Assembly (NCBI RefSeq): GCF_016433145.1
Contig: NC_058133.1
Span: forward strand, 190,701,949-190,765,948
Source: Gracilinanus agilis
Lineage: Eukaryota
Length of the DNA: 64,000 nt
Direction: 5' to 3'
Below are positions 11,290-29,745 of this stretch, piece by piece (within the stretch, counting starts at the first letter, position 1; every line of letters starts with the position of its first letter). The translations under genes were made by a program, and so were the position numbers. The notes below the pieces were generated by a model, which saw nothing but the letters and a program-made list of their open reading frames with translations, did no database searches and was not told the DNA's origin.

Positions 11290-13340
11290 ATGTGTTTTGT
11301 CTTTACATCAGACATTCTTCCCCTCACCATAATGTACCCTTCTTTGTACAAAGGAAAGCAATTAAGCAACATTTGACACAGAGACTTTGTCCATCAGTGG
11401 GTTCAATATTCTGTATCAGTAACTAGCTGCCCTTCTCTCACACAAGGGAGAAGACTTATTTCATTATCATTTCTCTAGGCTCTTTTTTGGCTATTGAACT
11501 TTTCACGTATAGTGTTTCAATCATTGCCTACGTAGTTTTTAGTTCTGCTCATTGGGCTCTTTATCAATTACTATATATTTTCCCTCATTTCTCTGAATTC
11601 ATCATATTCCTCATTTCTTATTGCATAACAACATTCCATTATAGTCATATGCCATAGTTTGTTTTAGCCATTCTCCAATGGATGGGAAGGTAAATTGTTT
11701 CCTTCTCTTTGCTACCACAGATTGTTACTATGAATAGTTCTGTCTTTGATTTTCTTTGATTTTCAAGTAGTGAGATTGCTGGGCCAAATGGGTATGGAAA
11801 GTTTATTCACTTTTCTTACATAATTCCAAATGAAAATGCAGAACTTTTAAACTGCTTTACAGATCCACTAAAAATGAAACATTTGGTCCATCTTCTAATG
11901 TTTCTTCAACATCAACTATTTCTATTTTTTCTTTCTGTTTTTTAAACAAAATATATTGAAGTATTTGGGTTTCATACCATCTTTTTTTTTAACTCTTAAC
12001 TTCGGTGGAAGAGCGATAAGGGTGGGCAATGGGGGTCAAGTGAATTGCCCAGGGTCACACAGCTGGGAAGTGTCCGAGGTCAGATTTGAACCCAGGACCT
12101 CCCATCTCTAGGCCTGACCCTCAATCCACTGAGCTACCCAGCTGTCCCCTATACCATCTTTTTTCCTAATATCTCTCTCCCTAACCTGGAAGGGCAGTTA
12201 AGTGGTGCAGTGAATAGAGTACCAGGTCTGGAGTCAGGAAGACTCACTTTCATGAGTTCAAATCTGGCCTCAGACACTTACTAACCAGGTGACTCTTGGC
12301 TAATCACTTGACCCTATTTGCCTCAGTTTCTTCACCTGTAATATGAGCTGGAGAAACCACCCTGTATCTTTGCCAAGAAAACTCCAAATGGATTCTTGAA
12401 GAGTTGAATATGACTGAAAAATGACCGAACAACAACCCCCATAATTCAAGTGAAAGAAGGGGGAAAATGCAATTCATCAAAATTAACCAATGTGTCAGCT
12501 GAATCTGATGGAATACATAATGTTTCACATCCAAAATCCCCCCACCCCTCTCAAAGTGGGGGAGGAGGTATACTTTCTCATCTCCCTTCTAGGCTGAAAA
12601 TTATTTATTACAATTACAATGGTATTCAAGATTTTTTGTTATTTCCATTTCCACTGCTATAGTCATTGTAAATATTATTTTCCTGGCTTTGCTTTACTCT
12701 GCCTCTATTCATATATGTCTTCCCATGCTTCTTTCCATTCTTCACGTTGATCATTTCTTTTTATTTTTTAAACCCTTACCTTACATCTTAGAATCAATAC
12801 TGTGTATTGCTTCCAAGGCAGAAGAGCGGTAAGGGCTAGGCAATGGGGGTTAATTGACTTGTCCAGGAAATGTCTGAGGCCAGATTTGAATCTAGGACCT
12901 TCTATCTCTAGTCCACTAGGCTCTCAGTTCACTGAGATACTCAGTTGCCCCCAAAACTGATCATTTCTTACGGTTCACCCTATAATTCAATTATATGAAC
13001 ATACCACAATTTGAGTTCAAATTTGGCCTTAGATATTTAGCAGTTGAATGAGCCCTGGACAAGTCACTCAATTTCTGTCTCCCTCAGTTTCTTCAACTAT
13101 AAAATGGGTATCATAATAGCACTTACCTCCCAGTAGTGGGAGTGTCAAATAAAATAACATTTGTAAAGAGCCTAGCATGGCACTTGGCACAAAGTAGGCA
13201 TTCGATAATTGCTTGTTATCTTCCCTTCCTGTTCCTCTCTCCCCTCACTGGTGGATATCTATATTTTGTTTCCAGTTCTTGGCTACCATGAACAGTCCTG
13301 CTAGAAACATTCTGGTGTAAATGGGACATCACTTCCTGTC
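11290..13340 (-). mobile_element. Old fragmented L1 3' region with nested SINEs (young SINEs at about 11989-12149 and 12770-12951, minus strand; CORE-SINEs at about 12190-12437 and 13010-13220)
   Basis: Antisense L1 ORF2-end/3'UTR motifs (aacattccattatagtcatatgccatagtttgttttagccattctccaat; ttccagttcttggctacca). SINE TSDs ataccatctttttt and tgatcatttctt. Confidence 0.65.
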
Positions 13341-13902
13341 TTTAGCATATTTGGCTTTGTATGATTGATCTCATTTTAGAGACACTCAGCTGTATGATCT
13401 TAGGCAGGTCCTTTAACCTCCTTCCTCATCTGTAAAACGAGGACATTGGAATTTGAACTCCTCTGACTTCCAGATCTAACTCTATGATTTTATGATCTTT
13501 CTTCTTCAGCCCTAGTGGTATTTGGAGTCCGAAGTCCTAGGTTTAAATCTTGACTCTGCTACTCACTACCTCTGACACTTTGAGCATTTAACTTCCTTAG
13601 GATTCAGCTTCCTCTTCTGAAAAAATGAAGGAGTTGGATTAGATAGCATCTAAGGTCCCTTCCGGTCCTAAATCTGATCTCTGAATGGACTTCCCATGAG
13701 TAGCAGTCACAGGGAAGAGAAGGGAGACCTCTGTGAAACTTTTCTTGTAACTCTGGTCTTCAAATTTACATATTGGAATATATTGATAAATATTTAAGGA
13801 AATCAAATTTTTTACAACATTTTAATAAAATTATACATTTAAAAATATACAGATACACTTTAAAATTTAATCTGTATTACTAATACTTTCTTAAGTCTAG
13901 AC

Positions 13903-14095
13903 GAGTGATTCCCAAAGTGGGTGCCACCACCCCCTGGTGGGTGCTGCAGCGATCCAGGAGGGCAGTGATGGCCACAGGTGCATTTATCTTTCCTATTAAT
14001 TGCTATTAAATTTTTTAAAAAATTATTTTCCAGGGGGCTAAGTAATATTTTTTCTGGAAAGGGGGCGGTAGGCCAAAAAAGTTTGGGAACCACTG
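13903..14095. mobile_element. Non-autonomous hAT/Charlie MITE (OposCharlie-like), 193 bp
   Basis: Same TIRs (first base C>G). Perfect TSD gtctagac at 13895-13902 and 14096-14103. Confidence 0.9.
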
Positions 14096-15085
14096 GTCTA
14101 GACAGTCAACAAAATAATAACTCAAGCCCTGATTTGTAGAGACTCGATTGCTGAGGCACTCACACTAAAAATTTAACAGTGGCCTCTGGGGAGCTGGTCT
14201 TGGCTGGCTCCAGGATGCCCCCACATATGTCCCTCCCATTCAGCTCTCCTGAAGAGTTTGAGGGAAGGTGGGAGGGTGGATGGGCACTACTGAGACTGGT
14301 TCAGGCACCTGCAGGGGCTTACCATTTGGGGAGGTTGGCTTGGGGTGGCTATTAACTCTTCTGGCCTGTTTTTTATGATTGATCTTAATAACACTGAAGC
14401 TACTATAATGCCTTTCATCTGGGCATCTCAGACTATTTGAAAGTAAAATTCCTGGTAAAAAAAAGGTAATTATAGTGTGTGGCCATCTTATTTGGTTTCT
14501 AGAAAGGCTGATGTTGGTTGGGAGATGGATAGACAGACAGTATCCCACCTCCAGTAAACTCTTGTTAATGAAGTCGGTCAAAGGAGGAAGAAGCTAAGTG
14601 ATGTTTGAATCAAAGGGCACCAGCTGATTGAAACCTGAGGCCTTCTTATGGAAGTCCAGCCTGGTTTTACATCTTTCACAAACCACAGGTTCCCCAAGCA
14701 CATTAGTGAGAGAAATGATAGCTGAGGAATGTGTTAGTCCATAAAATCTGGGTGGGGGGAACTAGGTGGGGAATAAAGGAATGAATAGGCCTGGGTCGAA
14801 AGACAGATGGGAGAGTGTTGGGGAGAAAGAGAAGGGCAGAGTGGGGGTGATCTTGTAAAGGAGAGAACCATGGCATCTCCTGTGGTGAGAGATGGGACAG
14901 CACCAGAGGGGAGCCTGAAGGGTAAGAAGGGAAGAAAGTGGAAGGTGAGTTAGGAAGGTGTGTGAGGCTCAAGTTTCTGAGGATTTCCATAAGCAAGAGG
15001 GGCAGGTTGGATCTGGAGCCTGAAGTAGTGGAAGAATCATCATCCTGGCCGAGGAGGTGGAGATGTAAGTAAATACACATGGTCG

Positions 15086-15105
15086 TGTGTGTGTGTGTGT
15101 GTGTG
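15086..15105. repeat. (TG)n microsatellite
   Basis: Direct reading. Confidence 0.85.
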
Positions 15106-16441
15106 TTATGTGAACATGTAAGAATGTGTGTGTGTGCACTCGTGTGTGCAATCTGCCATCACTGGGACAGGATTTCAGGGAATAGGGAGTCATAACAAGA
15201 TGCTAGAGTTGGCTTCCAAGGCTCCTTCCAGCTTTACAATCTAAGATCTTAGGAAACCAAGGCTTCCCATAATGCCCATTCTATTCATGTGATTCCATAT
15301 TGTGCTACTGCTCCATTCCTTTTATTTGTTTGTGCTGGGCTTGGGTTCCATGTCAACAGTGAAAACCGATGGATCACGGAGCAAGGGGAAGATTGACAGA
15401 ACTTGAATTAGAGAGAGACCTGATTTATCTTGCCTAAGAAAGGCATTCATCCAAGCTATTCAACCTCAGGAAATCAGGATCATGGCAGACCATGGAGACT
15501 GGCCAGGAAGAGACATAGGGTAGGAGACAAAGCCTCCAGAAGCATTAGTCTACTGTGAGTTGGGTTTAGTGCGTGAGAAAAAGGGCAAGATGGTTTAGCT
15601 ATAGAAAAAAAAAAATGGAGTGTGGAGCAGTGTGGTCTAATGGAAAGCTCCCTATCTGGCACTGGAATCCAAGGATTTGAATTTGAATCCTAGCTCTAGT
15701 ACTGTCATTCATTCATTTTGTACAACTTTGCACAAGTTATTTCATAAAATGATGGGGTTGGACTGGATAGATGCTCTCCAAAGTCCTTGCCATTTCTATG
15801 TCCAAACAAAGGCAGCTTAGCATGGTGGATTGTGTACTGGACTTGACCTCAGGAAGAACCATCTCAGTCATTTATTAGCTAAGTGACCCTGGGCAAATCA
15901 CTTCTACTGTCTAGGCCTGTTTCCTTATCTGTCTAATGGAGACAGGAATAGCCACTGCCTAGCAAAGGGTGTTGTTAGGAGAAAATGAGATAATGTATTT
16001 CAAGTGCTTGATTAAACTTTAGGTACTCAGTAAGTCAGAGGTACTATTCTGGGCCAAAAGAAACAATTTACGACAGAGTCTGATACATCAATTCTCAGGG
16101 CCATGGGCTGCACACGGGTCACCAGCAAGGAATGAGGAAAGAGTACCTATGTTTTGTAAGGGAAAAGCAACTGAATGGGCAAAAAAAGCAAAGGGAGGGC
16201 TTTTTAGTTCAGGGGGATGTTTTGAGATCCAGGAACTAATAACTGGGGTGGATAAGGAATTGGATCCATCTTTGAGTGTGGCCAGAGGTAGCCAGGAAGC
16301 AATTTGAACAGTAAAATAAGTTAGTCTGATGAAACAACTTCATAAAGAATTTGATCATGTTGGAATGAACTGAAGCCCAATAGTAGCATTCTGGATCATC
16401 AGATCATATGTGTAGAGTTGGAAGAGACATTAGAACTCATC

Positions 16442-16670
16442 CAGGGGTTCATAAGCTTTTTGGGGTGAATTTCTTGGGCAGTCTGGTGAAACCTATGGAG
16501 CCATTCTCAAAAGAATGTTTTAAAATGTCAAAATAAAATGCACAGGTTTACAAAGGAAACTGATTATGTTGAAAGAAAGATGTAATTTTTTTTCCCCATC
16601 CAAGTTATGGACTTTCTAAAATCTACCCAAGGACCTATTGGGGGTCCCTTGACCCCAGGTTAAAAACCTT
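16442..16670. mobile_element. Old hAT-Charlie/MER5-like non-autonomous DNA element
   Basis: Degenerate TIRs caggggttcataagc / ggttaaaaaccttg and the internal aataaaatgcacagg motif typical of this class. Confidence 0.45.
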
Positions 16671-17479
16671 GACTTAGTCTTCATCATTTAGAAATGAAGA
16701 CACTGAAGCTCAAGGAGGATAAGTGACTTACTCAAGATCATATGGGCAATAGAGATGGAATTTCAACCCAGGTCCTCCAATTCCAGAACAGTAATCTTTT
16801 TACTATACTTTGCTGCCTTTCCACATTGAGAGAATTATCCAAAATATTTGTTTCTGGGAAATGATTTATTAAACGATCTTTGGAACATGAGTGCCCATAG
16901 CTTGCACAGGCTGGAATACCCAACATCTTTGGACTGTAGCTCTGGGCTCTGATGTGTTCTGCAAGCACAAAATGGAAATCAAGAGACCAGTGCAAGAGAA
17001 TTAATTTTCTTCCCAGATTCATGGTGGCAAGCTAAAGAAAAACCTCTGATTCCTGCTTGGCATAAGCCATCCTAAACTTGGACAGAATAAAAAGGTGTCC
17101 CAAAGTCTTGGATCTCTGCTTTCTAGGAACCCTTGCCTCCAGAGGGAGGCATTCTCAGACCAGGATGATAGAGAGGAGGTGGCTAAATGGGTAGGAAGGT
17201 GGAGGGCACTGGTGATCTGTTATCATGTCATATGCCCTGAGAAAGGCAAAGAGCCAGCCAGATGGCCAGATGACAGAGACAGAGATCCAGAAAGTCAGAG
17301 TGAGAATGAAAATTAATGGGATTATTACGAGAAAAAAGAAAATCATCCCTTTTTTTGGTGGGGATTTTAGAATGATACACGGTAGCTTGGAGAGTTACAC
17401 CAAGATAATTATGGACATACACACTAAGATTAGAGAAATAGTGCAGAAGTTTATGGGAAAGCTAATCTGAAGTAATGGC

Positions 17480-17710
17480 AGCTAGGTGGTACAGTGGATA
17501 GAATGCTTGACCTGAAATTGGGAAGACTCATATTTCTGAGTTCATACTAGCTGGGTGATTGCAGGCAAGTCACTTAATTCTGTTGACCTCAGTTTCCTCA
17601 TCTGTAAAAGGAGTTGGAGAAGGAACTGGTAAACCACTCCACAGTGTCTTTGCCAAGAAAATCCCAAATGGGGTCATGAAGAGTTGGACAGGACTAAAAA
17701 ATAAACAACT
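17480..17710 (+). mobile_element. CORE-SINE (MIR/Mar1-type)
   Basis: gcagctaggtggtacagtggatag head, CORE segment and RTE-type tail. Confidence 0.7.
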
Positions 17711-20469
17711 ATAGTCTTAGGTTCCTATTTCACAGAAATCTCGGAAGGAGGTGGTGGTGGGGAGGGCCTAAGAGTTGGGGGAAGGGGCACGTGTTTGCTC
17801 AGACTAGTACAAAGAACCTCAGCAAAGAATGTTGCAATCAGGGAAAGATACCATTTGATAACACGCTAGCCAACACTTTCTTGTACTGACCAGGCTTTGA
17901 AAGATTTACTCGAATTACAGGGATCCTGGGGAAAGTCTAAACAGACAACTTAGGGATAAGAATATTGTTTTTTTTTTAAATCAAGGGTTTTTGACTCAAA
18001 TCTTCCTTGGAATGGACTGTGGGAGAAGTTTTGAGAGGCAGTATAGAATAGTAGATAGCATTTTGTACTTAGAATGTGAAAAACCCAGAAAGAATCAAAT
18101 CTCACCATACACTACTAGAGGTGTGACCCTGGGTAAGTCATATAACCCCTCCATGCCTCAAGTTTCCTTAACTGTAAAATGACGGGCTGGGATAGATGGC
18201 TTCTAAGGTCCCTTCTAGCTCTAGATGTTTGTCCCATAAATCTGATTCTAGTTTTGCACATGGACTGTAAGGGTTAACACCGACTTCCCTTGTTCTCAAC
18301 AGCAGGAAGTTTGTCATGGACAAGAACCACTGGACCTTTTATTAGTTTTTCCTGGGTGGGAAGCTAAATAGGTCTAGTGAGATATCCACAGGACAAGGTT
18401 AGGTGTGTACACCATAACCTTTGAGTAATTCCCAAGAGAAGCTCATAAAATTCTTTAAAAGGGTTGGGAAATTACGACTTGAGAAGCATAGATATGCCAT
18501 AAAAGCTTCCCTTGCAAATCATATCTAGTTTGTGAACATTTCATATGATTTTTAAAAGCATCTTTAAATCTCATCTTGATTTCTCAAGCCATGTTCAACC
18601 TTTCTTCCTCCCCCCAAAACTTCCTTTCCTTTCAATGCCTTTGCTTGATAGCTTTTATTTTGGCTCTCTTGGCTTCCCCTTTCAAGCATCTCTCCTTGGA
18701 ACATGGCTTTAAAGAGGGAACCAGCCCTGGGACCAATAGGCAATGGGGTTAGTTAGCCCTAGTTTAGTCTTCCTAAATCTCTGTGAACCTGGAAAAGCAG
18801 TGCATACTCTCATCATAGATCTCCATGCCCACCTAGTCCCAATTGAACCTAAATGGAAATCTTTTCTACAGAACACCTGACAATTGGCCGCCCACCCTTT
18901 GCTTGAAGATCTTCAAGGAGGGAGAACCTACTCTATCCCAAGGTAGCCCATTCTTCTTTGGAAAACTCTAATGATAAGGAAGCTATTCCTAAACCTAATT
19001 TGCCTTTAAAAAAAAAGAAATTTGTCTTTTTGTGACTTCCAACCATTTCTCTTAGATCTACCCTCTAGGGCCAAGCAAAATAAACTGAATCCTTATAGAT
19101 GCAAGACCTTCAGAAACTTGAAATTCCCATTAAGCCTTCTCTTATCCAAGGGCAATTAGAAGATGGGGCTTCTAATTGGGCTTAGAATTAGAAGACCCAA
19201 GTTCATGAGTTCAAATTTGGTCTCAGAAAGTTACTAGCTGTTCGTGACCCTGGGAAAGTCACTTGACCCTGTTTGCCTTAATTACCCTCATTTGGAAAAT
19301 GAATTAAAGAAGGAAAATGGTCAACTACTCAAGTATCTGGGCCAAGAAAACCCCAAAATGGGTTCACAGAGGGTAGGACATGAACCAAAACATCATAATA
19401 ATAGTCAAGCTACACATTCCCAAGTCTCCAACTGATCCTCAAATAACATACTCTGAATGAACTTTGCCATCCTAGTTGCCATCCTTTGTACGCTTTCTAG
19501 CTCATCCAGATTCCTTCAAATGTGGCATCTAGCACTGAGTATAATAGAATGGAGCACGATACTGCTAGATGTTCTGAAAAGATTTGGCAAGCTCTCCTGC
19601 CAGAAGTACTAGCCCTCGTAGAACACCCTATTCATCCCTGTGATTGGGCATCTGTGTATAGGCAGACCTTCCAAAGACTATAACAAGAAATTATATGACC
19701 ATTGGATCATAGGTAATATAAACTCATACTTATATAGTGGTTTTCATGATTTACAGAGACAGTCCTCACAATAATCCTGTGAGATAGGTAGTACAGACAT
19801 TACCATTTCCTCTCTATAGATGAGAAGATGGAGGCGTACAGATTTGTTAAGAGTCACGAAGATAATGTGTAGAGCCAGGATTTGATCATTTGCTTCCAAA
19901 CTCAGTATTCTTCTTACAGTACCACATTGCCTCTAAAAAGAACAGTGAGGGAAGATCAAATGGGAAAGACTTAGCCACTCTGATCAGTACAATGATCCAA
20001 GACAGTTCTAAAAGCCCCACGATGAAAAATGCTCTCCAGCTTCAGAGAGAGAATGCTCTTAGTGCAGATCAAAGCATATTTTGCTTACTTTCTTTATGTG
20101 TCTTAGTTTGTGTGGGCAATATGTGTTTTTTTTCATGACATGGCTAATATGGACATGGGTTTTATATGACATCACATGTATAATCAATATTCATCAATCT
20201 AATCATATTGCTCACCTTCTCAAGGAGTGAGGAAGAATGAGAGAAAAAGAGAGAATGTAGAAATCAAATTTTTAAATGAATGTTTTAAAAAGCAACATGT
20301 AATTAGGGAATGTTTAATTGAAGAAATAAAATCACTGGAAATAAAAACAAACAAACAAATAAACAAATAGAATAGTGGCTGATGTTTATAGAACACTATA
20401 TAGCTGACAAAATACTTTATGTAAAAATTTCATCTGATGATCTCGTGAGCTAGGTAGTAGAAATATTCA

Positions 20470-21260
20470 AATAACCAATCAGTCAACATTTCTTAAACAC
20501 TCACGTTTGGGCCAGGTACTATCCTTAGATCTAGGGAGACAGAGAGACAAAAAACTGAAAAAACCTCCACTTTCATCTGGGGAGACAACATATAATATAC
20601 GCATTATATGCACGCAGAGAATAAATACAAAAAAGGGAGTTTGGGAGAGAGAGAACCAGTAGTTGATAGGATCAGGAAGACATCATGTAGATGGTGATGT
20701 GTCTTGAGCTGTTTCTTGAAGGAAGTAAGGAATTCTTTAAGGTGGAGGTAAGGAGAGAGTACATTTCAGGCATGGGACTGATCAGGGTAAAAGCAAGGAG
20801 ACGGAAGATGGAATACCATGTGTAACAACGGAGAGGGCCATTTTGATTGTTCTATAGAGTATGGGAAAGAGAGCATTGTATAATGAAGTTGAAAGGATGG
20901 ATTGGAGACAAGTTGTGCTTCTAAAGATAGGCTTTAAAAGGAGTTGATATTTTATCTTAGAGATAATAGTGAGCCACTAGAATTTATTGAGTAGGGGAGT
21001 GATCTGATCAGATCTTCATTTGAGGAACACAACTTTGGCAGCTGTGTGGAGGATGGAGTGGAGGCACTTGAGGCCAAGAGATCATTCAGGAAGACATCGC
21101 AATAGTTCAGGCAAGAGATGATGAGGACTTCATGGATTGGTGATTATATACTTGGAGAGAAGGGGCCACATGCCAGCGATGGTATAGAGGTAAAGTGGCA
21201 AGATTTGACAACTGTTTGGATACTGGGGTGAGGGAGAGGGAGAGGTGGAGGTGCCATCTA
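20470..21260. mobile_element. Degraded L2 LINE fragment
   Basis: caatcagtcaacatttcttaaacac...gccaggtact terminus and purine-rich body typical of L2 remnants. Confidence 0.5.
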
Positions 21261-21504
21261 TGTGTCTCTTTAACCCTTAGCTTTCTAGGTGTACAGAGTA
21301 AGTTCCCTTCTAGTTCTAAATCCATGAGCCTGTGATGTTTGATTAGGACAAACATTGACAGATAATTCGAGGCACAATAAACTCTTTTTAGGGTTAAGAC
21401 AGTTTTCATTTTTATCTTTGTATTTCTGAAGTACCTGGTGTTTGTCACAGAGTTGATGTTTAAGAAATGCTCACTGGAATTAATAATAATTCTTGCTATT
21501 GTTT

Positions 21505-21610
21505 TTGATCCTTAATTTTTGGAAAAGACCAATGTCACCACAGGATGATGTCTTGATTTGTGAGTGAATCGGATTTAAATAAGGCAGAATTGCACAAAGT
21601 TGTTAGCTTT

Positions 21611-21687
<77 letters not shown>

Positions 21688-22080
21688 GAGTCATCCAAGT
21701 CCAGTGGCAAGACAAAGTCAGAAGTCAAGATGAATGGTGATGGCCCAGGATGCAGTGCATTTTTGATGTCTGACCAAGCTTTAAGTGTTCCACAGTATCT
21801 ATCTACTTCAGCCACCTTCAAGGTCGTCAGAACGAATTGTTCTCATCCACCTCTTCCACCAGGAGACATCTTCACTTGCTTGGGGTAGACATTCCCCTAA
21901 CTCAGCAATGGATTTGGTCACTTTCAACTTGGTTTAGCCCATCTGCTGTGATGGTTTTACCACAGTGTTACCACTGCATATGCAACAGCTTCTTGGAGCC
22001 ACAGATGAGAGTTGGGTAAAAAAGATGGACTCCAGAGGTGTTTGAAAAGCCCTGAAAAGGGATCAGCAAGCCCTCACAGT
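21505..22080 (-). mobile_element. RTE-related marsupial SINE (WALLSI4/RTESINE-like) containing a (CT)n tract at 21612-21682
   Basis: Reverse-complement similarity to the copy at 50906-51433 (ttccagagtcatc, ccagtggcaagacaaa, gaccaagct, ttgttctcatc, gggtagaca). Confidence 0.6.
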
Positions 22081-22769
22081 AGAGGTGCTAGTCCTCTCTG
22101 AACATGCCATGTACCTCAACAATAAACAACAGCAACAACAATAATAACAGTAATAATGACAGGTATAATGATAAGGCTTGTATTTTCATTGATCTAGGGA
22201 ATTTCCATATGACCAATGCAGGTCAGCACTTTTTCTACAACTTATGGTCTTAGAGTATAGGGCACTGAGGTGGTATATGACTTGCCCAGTGTCCCACAGA
22301 CATGTGTCAGAGGTGGGACTTGAACCCATGTCTTCCTGACTCAAGGCTTACATTCTATTTTACTGTGATTCCTCTCATAATACTAATAATAATATTTGAC
22401 ATTTATATAGCACAATAAGACTTGGAAAGTTCTTTTTGCATATATCAACTCATGTGAGTCTCACAACTCTGTGAGACAGGCACATGCAATATTATGCCCA
22501 TTCTACATATGAGGAAACTAAAGCTGAAACAACTAGCAATTGACACAGCTGAAATTTTTATTCATATTCAGATAAAAATATTACTTTTTGTTCTTTAAAC
22601 TCAACTGTCTATCTGTTATACCTTATTACCTCTCCAGTTTTGGGGAAGGTGGGATAGTAGGGGGAAGATTAAGACCAAGAGACAATGATGGAGTCCACTG
22701 AGGCATTCTTAGGGAGGGCAGGACCTAAGTGTGTTATTTTATGAAGCCACTCCCTATTAATAGATCTGA

Positions 22770-23009
22770 TGTAATAAAGTTGTAATAAAAATCTTTGAAG
22801 CTGTAATAAAAATCATATTCCATTTAGGAATGACAGCAATATAGAGTCCTGACTTAGCAAACCAAATTCAATGCTTTTTATGAGACTAGGAATCCTGGAT
22901 AGTTATCGAAATCACATACTAATGAGATTAACCTTCCAAAATGGGACTAGAGTTTCCCAAGAGAAGACAATTTGCTAACATGACAACACCCAACAGAAAG
23001 GGTATATAA
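22770..23009 (+). promoter_or_regulatory. KRT36 proximal promoter: TGTAATAAA x3 (22770, 22781, 22802), LEF1/TCF CTTTGAAG 22793-22800, HOXC13-type TTTTATGAG 22876-22884, TATATAA 23003-23009
   Basis: Motifs read directly. LEF1 and HOXC13 sites are established features of hair-keratin promoters. Confidence 0.75.
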
Positions 23010-27997
<4,988 letters not shown>

Positions 27998-28224
27998 CCA
28001 TCCCGGTGCATTCAGCCTGACATACACAGCAGAGAGGAAACCTCAGTGCCATCGTGGGAGGCTGGAAGCTTCTCTGATGAATGCCTCATCCCAAGGGGGT
28101 CCCTCCTGGGCTAAGCAAGTCGCTGTGTGTGTGTGTGTGTTTTTTTCTAGTAAGATGTCTCTTCTAATCATGTTTTCAGCTTTGACATCTTTTAAACTGC
28201 AAACAATCCTTTGATAACTTCTTT

Positions 28225-28230
28225 AATAAA
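28225..28230 (+). terminator. KRT36 polyadenylation signal AATAAA
   Basis: AATAAA about 230 nt after the stop, followed by a T-rich element. Confidence 0.8.
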
Positions 28231-29152
28231 TCTTGTTCTTTTGGCACAGCAAACCTGTTTCTCTTGTGATTTCTATTCATTTCCATTCACTCCCTGGGGC
28301 TGTGAGATAAGGAAGCACTTATCTATGTGAAGAAGGTGGGGTGGGAGCCTCATTAGAAATCTCTGTGCCTTTTTCTCAAGAATAATTCAGTTCAATAAAC
28401 ATCCATTTAGGGCTTACTATTTGAAGTCACCTTGGTGATTCCAGACTGAAAAGAAAACAGTGCCGGACCCCAATTGTCTTATAGTCCGATAACTTAGGGT
28501 CCCTGGATATCTGGAAACAGACTGGTTAGTTAGTCCATCAACATTTAAAAAAAAAAACTGTTTACCTTCTGACAATATCAATTCTAAGATAGAAGAGAGG
28601 TCAGGGCTAGATAATAAGGGTTAAGGGACTTGCCCAGGGTCACACAGGAAGTGTCCGAGACCAGATTTGAATGAATAAAGTCTTCTAGATGTGGCCCACC
28701 AGCCACTGTGCTATTCAGTTGTTTCTCCTAAAAAAACATTTTAAAGCACCTACTATAAACCTTGCTCTGTGCTAAGTGCTGGGAATGCAAAAAAAGAGGC
28801 AAAAGACAGTCTCTGCTCTCTATATCATGTAAGCAAATATATATAAATGAGCTACATACAGGATAAACAGGAAATAATTAACAGATGGAGCTATTATCCT
28901 CATTTTACAGCTGAGACAATTGAGGCAGACAGAAGGTAAGTGACTGGCTGGTAAGTATCTGAGGCAGAACTCTTTGAATCAGGTCTCCCTGACTCAAGGA
29001 CCAGAGCTCTGTCCTTTGCGCCACCTACATTCAAGACAGAACCACAATAACAAGTTTTTTTTTGTTTTTTGTTTTTTGTTTTTGTTTTTTTGGTGAATGG
29101 ACCATATGGGAAAAATTCCTAACAATTAGAGCTATCAAAAAGTGATTGAGGA

Positions 29153-29745
29153 GGGGCAGCTGGGTAGCTCAGTGGATTGAGAGCCAGGCCTAGAGGCAGG
29201 AGGTCCTAGGTTCAAATCCGGCCTCAGACACTTCCCAGCTGTGTGACCCTGGGCAAGTCACTTGACTCCCATTGCTTACCCTTACCAATCTTCCACCTAT
29301 AAGTCAATACACAGAAGTTAAGGGAAAAAAAAAATTAAAAAAAAAAAAGTGATTGAGGGGGCAGCTGGGTAGCCCAGTGGATTGAGAGTCAGGCCTAGAG
29401 GCAGGAGGTCCTAGGTTCAAATCCGGCCTCAGACACTTCCCAGCTGTGTGACCCTGGGCAAGTCACTTGACCCCCATTGCTCACCCTTACCACTCTTCCA
29501 CCTAGGAGCCAATACACAGAAGTTAAGGGTTTAAAAAAAAGTGATTGAGAGGGCAACTGGGTAGCTCAGTGGATTGAGAGCCAGGCTCAGAGATGGGAGA
29601 TCCTGGGTTCAAATCTAGCCTCAGACATTTCCTAGCTGTGTGACTCTGGGCAAGTCACTTAATCCTCATTGCCTACCCTTACCACTCTTTTGCCTTGGAA
29701 CCAATGCACAGCACTTATTCTAAGAGGGAAGGTGAGATTTAAAAG
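29153..29745 (+). mobile_element. Three head-to-tail SINE1_Mdo-like SINEs (about 29153-29343, 29358-29535, 29551-29745)
   Basis: Each has a gggcagctgggtagctcagtggattgagag-type head with A/B boxes and an A tail. All are preceded by the same aaaaagtgattgag spacer. Confidence 0.9.

Noticed and set aside
29153-29745. tRNA genes suggested by A/B-box motifs (gttcaaatcc)
   Set aside because: These are tRNA-derived SINE heads continuing into CORE/SINE bodies, with no cloverleaf.
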